NCBI GenBank assembly: GCA_036339875.1
Contig: JAYZAC010000122.1
Location: 1-50,297, forward strand
Direction: 5' to 3'
DNA from: a bacterium
Lineage (GTDB): Bacteria > Muiribacteriota > UBA6191
Length of the DNA stretch: 50,297 nt
Positions 47,001-50,297 of the stretch are shown here, in pieces; position 1 is the first letter of the stretch; every line of letters begins with the position of its first letter. Both the position numbers and the translations under genes were made by a program. Under the pieces are notes generated by a model. That model saw only the letters and a list, made by a program, of their open reading frames with translations, did no database searches and had not been told where the DNA came from.

Positions 47001-50000
47001 TCCACTGACATGTAAGGTTCAATGGGGTGTATGTCGTAAATGTTACTCAATTGACTTGTCATTAAGTCAGGAAGTTTCTTTGGGCACAGCAGTTGGCGTA
47101 ATTGCAGCACAATCCATCGGAGAGCCTGGAACTCAGTTAACTATGCGTACCTTTCACACAGGCGGTGTAGCTGAGGCTGCAAGAGTTGTTGTTAAAGCAA
47201 AGTCTGCAGGTAGGGTGTCTTTCAAAGATTTGCGTTATGAAAATAAGATCGAGAGAGCGCGTTTTCAAATTGATACTGGTAATGATGCAAGTGAGAATGA
47301 CTCATTTGAGCAGGACGTTAAAAAGATCGTGACCGGTGGTGTGCTTACAATCATTGATGACAATCGAAAGAAGTCCGATTATACGCTTCCACAAGGATCC
47401 GTTCTAAAAGTTGAAGAGGGCGACATCGTTAGTCTGGGTAGCGTATTAGTAGAGTACAATCCTAATAAGTATATTAGCTCTTATACAGGGGCAGTAAATT
47501 ATCACAATATCGAGCAGAAAGATGGCGTGGTAGTTTCGAATGATGGTAGTGTTGATATTGTAGATGAAAAGGGCACCGTGCTAGATCATTATGATATTCC
47601 ACAGGGAGCTACACTTGTTATTGAAAACGGAGAACAGATAGGAGCTGGGGATAGCTTATACGTTTTTGAGACTGAAAAAACAATAGCTATTGCTTCATCA
47701 ACAGGAACTGCTGAATTCCGCGACATAAAGATCAAGAATCAGCGAGTAATCAGTGAGAACGGGATGGTGTTTATTGCCAGCTCCGAACATCAGGATAAAA
47801 CTCTTGAAGCACCTAAAGGCGTTAAATCATCCGCTACAAAACCTGTGGGTTTACCTACAGATTTTGGAGTTATTCTGAGGGCCAAAAGTGGAGATCAGGT
47901 CAAAGCTGGTGATGAATTGGTTAGTATTCTTGCTGAATATGATGGTGAAGTTAAATTCTCTGGTCGTAAAAACTTAAGTCTAATCGAACGTAAATCTCAT
48001 GAGTATTACATGAGCGGTTCGATGGATGTCATGATTGATGAAGACAAGCAAGAAATTCAGTTTATGGCTGAAGCTAGCGGTATTGTTAAGATTATATCTT
48101 ATCGTTCAGCTAGTAACAAAACTGTTGATCGTAGAAGAGTGCTCATCAAGGATGAACGCGAGTATGTTATACCAGAGGGTGCTCAGCTCAATTTTGACAA
48201 CGTTATGCTGAATTCAGGCGATGACGTTGAAAAGGGTATGAAATTAACAGGACCAATACCATTCATTTCGGAAATTGATGGCACAGTTACTCTTAAGGAT
48301 CATTATGAGCGGAAAACAGTCCTACTAGACGACGACTTAAAACCTGAAGAGATTAAAGGTTCTGTTTTGATGGAGGATGCTCTCGGTGAAGAGGGTGCTC
48401 TAGTTTGTAAAGCTGGTACCGAAATTGACGCAGATATTGCTGCTCAATTATACGAAGGTCGTGAAAAAATTGGTCAGATTGAAATTACTGCTTTAAGTGA
48501 ATCAAAGAAGATTGTTGTGACTAATGATGATACTTCTAGAGATTACGTTTTGCCAAAAGGAGCTGAAATTTTAGTTGATGAGGATCAAGAGATTACAGCT
48601 GGAACAAAACTCATTCACTCATTCAGTCCTATAATCGCAGATATTGATGGTAAAGTTAACTACATCACTCGCTACAACAAGCGTACGGGTGAGGAGATGG
48701 TTCAGACAATTCTGATTTATTCGGGTAAGGATTATTTTCTGTCTACCGGTCTTGGTCTTTCGGTTAAGAACGGCCAACGCGTAGAAAAAGGCGATGCTAT
48801 TACGGATCCATTTGAGTACTCAGTTTATGAGAAGACTGAAGATGGAATTCGCTTCACCAGAGAGGAAGTTAACGAGAAGAAGTATGGTGTCACCGAAGAT
48901 ATGGAAATCCTTATTAAAGAGGGAGCAGTTAAAAAGGGTGACAAACTTGCTAGGCTTGTTACGGAAGCAGATGGGACTGTTAAATTAGTTCACGCTTTAA
49001 CTAAGACAGGAAAAGTTCGGTCAGTAATTGATCAACTTTTGGTGCAGGTAGGTGAGGTTCATACAATTCCTGATGGGGCTGAGGTTTATATCAAAGAGAA
49101 TCAAGAGGTTAAACCTGGAGATATAATTGCCAAATGGAGTGGTGGTAGCAAAAAGACTACTGATATTGTCCAGGGTCTACCGCGAGTTAACTCATTGTTT
49201 GAAGTTCGTAGACCAAAGGTAGAGGCATTAGTTGCAAGTCGTACAGGCATTATTCACATCAGGGGTAATCATATAGTTATTGAAAACGAGAAGGATAGTG
49301 AAAAGCAAATTGTCACTGGATCTCTCGAGGACTTAATTGTTCTAGATGGCGAATACGTAGAAGAGGGCGATCGCATCACTGAGGGTGATGTGGATGTTCG
49401 TGAGTTATCAGAGAAAATGGGTATTTTTGAAGCTCAGAAATATCTTTTGGATGAGATTCAATATGTATATCGTACTCAAGGTGTGACTATAAATGATAAA
49501 CATGTAGAGACTATTCTACGTCGGATGGTTTCGAAAGTTAGAATTACGGCTAGTGGAGATTCACCGTATCTAGCTGGCGAGATTGTGAATGCTTTCGAGT
49601 TTAGGAAAACTAATGAGTCACTAGTTGCACAGAGCTTTGAACCTGCTACTGCAGTAAGTGTTATTCAAGGAATTTCCAAGGCAAGTTTGACTACTGATAG
49701 CTTCTTATCGGCAGCATCTTTCCAAGAAACTACCAAAGTACTAACTAATGCTGCAATTCGAAGCAAGATAGACAATTTAACGGGGCTCAAGGAAAATATC
49801 ATCATGGGGAATCTAATACCTGCAGGTACCGGATTTGACCGTAATCTGAAATACGATTTTGATGATAAAGAGACTTTGATACATTCGGAACCTGATAATG
49901 ATGAGTTAGAGGGTAATTTCGAGGTGTCATTGGACGAGCCTTTGGGGTCTGATATATTGGCCAACGCACTGCGCAACAGTGTTGAAGGTGAATCTGGATC

Positions 50001-50010
50001 AGATGTTTAA
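44035..50010 (+). CDS. rpoC: DNA-directed RNA polymerase subunit beta-prime, unusually long (about 1,991 aa)
   Basis: Zn-ribbon CFCGKYK...[55 protein letters not shown] at 44035 follows AGGAGG; the ORF extends to the TTG at 43996. Confidence 0.99.
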   Translation: MKGLKELRSIQISIASPDTIRQWSKGVVKKPETINYRTHRPERDGLFCEKIFGPTKDWECFCGKYKSIRYKGLVCERCGVEVTRSNVRRERMGHIELVTPVAHIWYSKGTPNYIALLLDITARDFEKVLYFNSYIVIDPGSLPLLKKQILTEQEHRNYQARYGDMYQAGTGGEAIRELLRGLDLAKLVDDLKRKMREDTGSKKLNTIARLQVAETFLNSKNRPEWMILSVLPVIPPDLRPMVQLDGGRFATSDLNDLYRRVINRNNRLKRLMKLNAPEIIIKNEKRMLQEAVNALIDNGRRGRLVTGSGNRPLKSLNDMLKGKQGRFRQNLLGKRVDYSGRSVIVVGPNLKLHECGLPQKMAIELFKPFIMNKLVEYGFAHNIKSAKKLIEREEATVWKVLEEIVRDHPILLNRAPTLHRLGIQAFEPKLVKGNAIQLHPLVCGAFNADFDGDQMAIHIPLLLEAQVEARILMLSSYNILSAASGRAVASPSQDMSIGAYFLTYKKDPKNLIIGSTIEVPLTTKKGVKSPSIESLANSGPKYSLLGENLSDEAGNPILSRGEHLGVDEFKLLKKAKIKSVKIYDIRIYSSANEALMSFDNGIHDIHDTVIVRNHLAADSETEEKYVETTIGRLIFNEIIPDELGYYNVHFDKKKIMGLIEHCYETCGTNMTGKLLDDVKDIGFKYATISGLTISLSDLETPPRKPSIINAAEERAKKITERFDRKELNLEERKKAEVDLWINATEEVTDEMLKHYKQKWDKGEFNPIYTMAISGARGNVQQMKQLAGMRGLMSNPHGDIMHVPIKASFREGLTMTDYFISTYGARKGLVDTALRTADSGYLTRRLVDVAQDVIVSMEDCGTNEGLLVRPLRDRRSPNNMIVDEILIPIEERIYGRTLLEDVIHPESGAVLFEAGVAVDRAIAKKIGKAACAVKVKGLKPGAFTDECIVDLADSRIICGPDKLVTPQLIAELKRSSVDEIRVYPKVAIRSPLTCKVQWGVCRKCYSIDLSLSQEVSLGTAVGVIAAQSIGEPGTQLTMRTFHTGGVAEAARVVVKAKSAGRVSFKDLRYENKIERARFQIDTGNDASENDSFEQDVKKIVTGGVLTIIDDNRKKSDYTLPQGSVLKVEEGDIVSLGSVLVEYNPNKYISSYTGAVNYHNIEQKDGVVVSNDGSVDIVDEKGTVLDHYDIPQGATLVIENGEQIGAGDSLYVFETEKTIAIASSTGTAEFRDIKIKNQRVISENGMVFIASSEHQDKTLEAPKGVKSSATKPVGLPTDFGVILRAKSGDQVKAGDELVSILAEYDGEVKFSGRKNLSLIERKSHEYYMSGSMDVMIDEDKQEIQFMAEASGIVKIISYRSASNKTVDRRRVLIKDEREYVIPEGAQLNFDNVMLNSGDDVEKGMKLTGPIPFISEIDGTVTLKDHYERKTVLLDDDLKPEEIKGSVLMEDALGEEGALVCKAGTEIDADIAAQLYEGREKIGQIEITALSESKKIVVTNDDTSRDYVLPKGAEILVDEDQEITAGTKLIHSFSPIIADIDGKVNYITRYNKRTGEEMVQTILIYSGKDYFLSTGLGLSVKNGQRVEKGDAITDPFEYSVYEKTEDGIRFTREEVNEKKYGVTEDMEILIKEGAVKKGDKLARLVTEADGTVKLVHALTKTGKVRSVIDQLLVQVGEVHTIPDGAEVYIKENQEVKPGDIIAKWSGGSKKTTDIVQGLPRVNSLFEVRRPKVEALVASRTGIIHIRGNHIVIENEKDSEKQIVTGSLEDLIVLDGEYVEEGDRITEGDVDVRELSEKMGIFEAQKYLLDEIQYVYRTQGVTINDKHVETILRRMVSKVRITASGDSPYLAGEIVNAFEFRKTNESLVAQSFEPATAVSVIQGISKASLTTDSFLSAASFQETTKVLTNAAIRSKIDNLTGLKENIIMGNLIPAGTGFDRNLKYDFDDKETLIHSEPDNDELEGNFEVSLDEPLGSDILANALRNSVEGESGSDV

Positions 50011-50027
50011 TACGTAGCTAAGATAAC

Positions 50028-50064
50028 AAAGCCTCAGTTCTACAGGACTGGGGCTTTTTTATTT
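50028..50064 (+). terminator. Intrinsic terminator after rpoC
   Basis: AAAGCCTCAGTTC-TACA-GGACTGGGGCTTT stem (two G-U pairs), followed by TTTATTT. Confidence 0.85.
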
Positions 50065-50214
50065 ATATGAAACTATCCTAATTCAATACCTATTGTTTAT
50101 TGATATTTTGTGAGTAGAAAAACTACTATAAATTCAAGTGCTGGTAGTGCTTTGCTATGCTATAATCGCACCGAATTGATAGCAAAATCTGGCCGAAAAA
50201 GGCTTTTTTTGTTT

Positions 50215-50297
50215 ATGCGTTATTTATACCTAATCATTTTAATAACTTGTTATCACTGTGTAAGCATTTCTAATGCTGCCATTAATAAGTTTGATTT
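50215..50297 (+). CDS. Possible start of a secreted protein, truncated by the window edge
   Basis: MRYLYLIILITCYHCVSISNAAINKFD is open to the window end and resembles a signal peptide. TGC-TATAAT extended -10 at 50158-50166. Confidence 0.4.
   Translation, partial: MRYLYLIILITCYHCVSISNAAINKFD

Noticed and set aside
47173-49161. Intein or mobile intron in rpoC
   Set aside because: No C/S...HN splice termini or LAGLIDADG motifs are seen. The insert consists of degenerate SBHM-like repeats at the known SI3 site.
1-50297. CRISPR arrays, IS elements, prophage or defence genes
   Set aside because: No regularly spaced direct repeats, transposase, integrase, phage structural or nuclease motifs were recognised in any ORF.

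Overview
Bacterial chromosomal window, gene-dense, read with the standard code (TGA is used as stop). No rRNA, CRISPR array, IS element or prophage gene was seen. Left end (1-7104, +): the distal part of an accessory biosynthetic or tailoring cluster (DUF4910 peptidase-like, AAC(3)-family acyltransferase, SAM methyltransferase, DmpG-like aldolase, AMP-ligase, VOC-like protein, cyclase-family hydrolase, carrier protein). Middle: an M20 peptidase, an MMPL/LolA-like/outer-membrane barrel module, ugpBAEC, korAB with ppc, a long radical SAM protein and its neighbour, a PilT/PilU ATPase, an unusual coiled-coil/GrpE-like/Zn-ribbon/TPR protein, and a grouped set of MEP genes (ispE, dxr, ispF, dxs) behind carD. 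Right end: rpmG-tRNA-Trp-secE-nusG-rplKAJL-rpoBC. The most striking signal is the RNA polymerase. The beta-prime subunit is a single unsplit chain of about 1,990 aa with a 663-codon insertion in the trigger loop, built of at least 8 SBHM-like repeats (cyanobacterial size). Several extra BBM2-like modules are also inserted across beta and beta-prime. The host looks like a deep-branching diderm bacterium (inference only). All family calls are from motif recognition by eye; no database searches were run.
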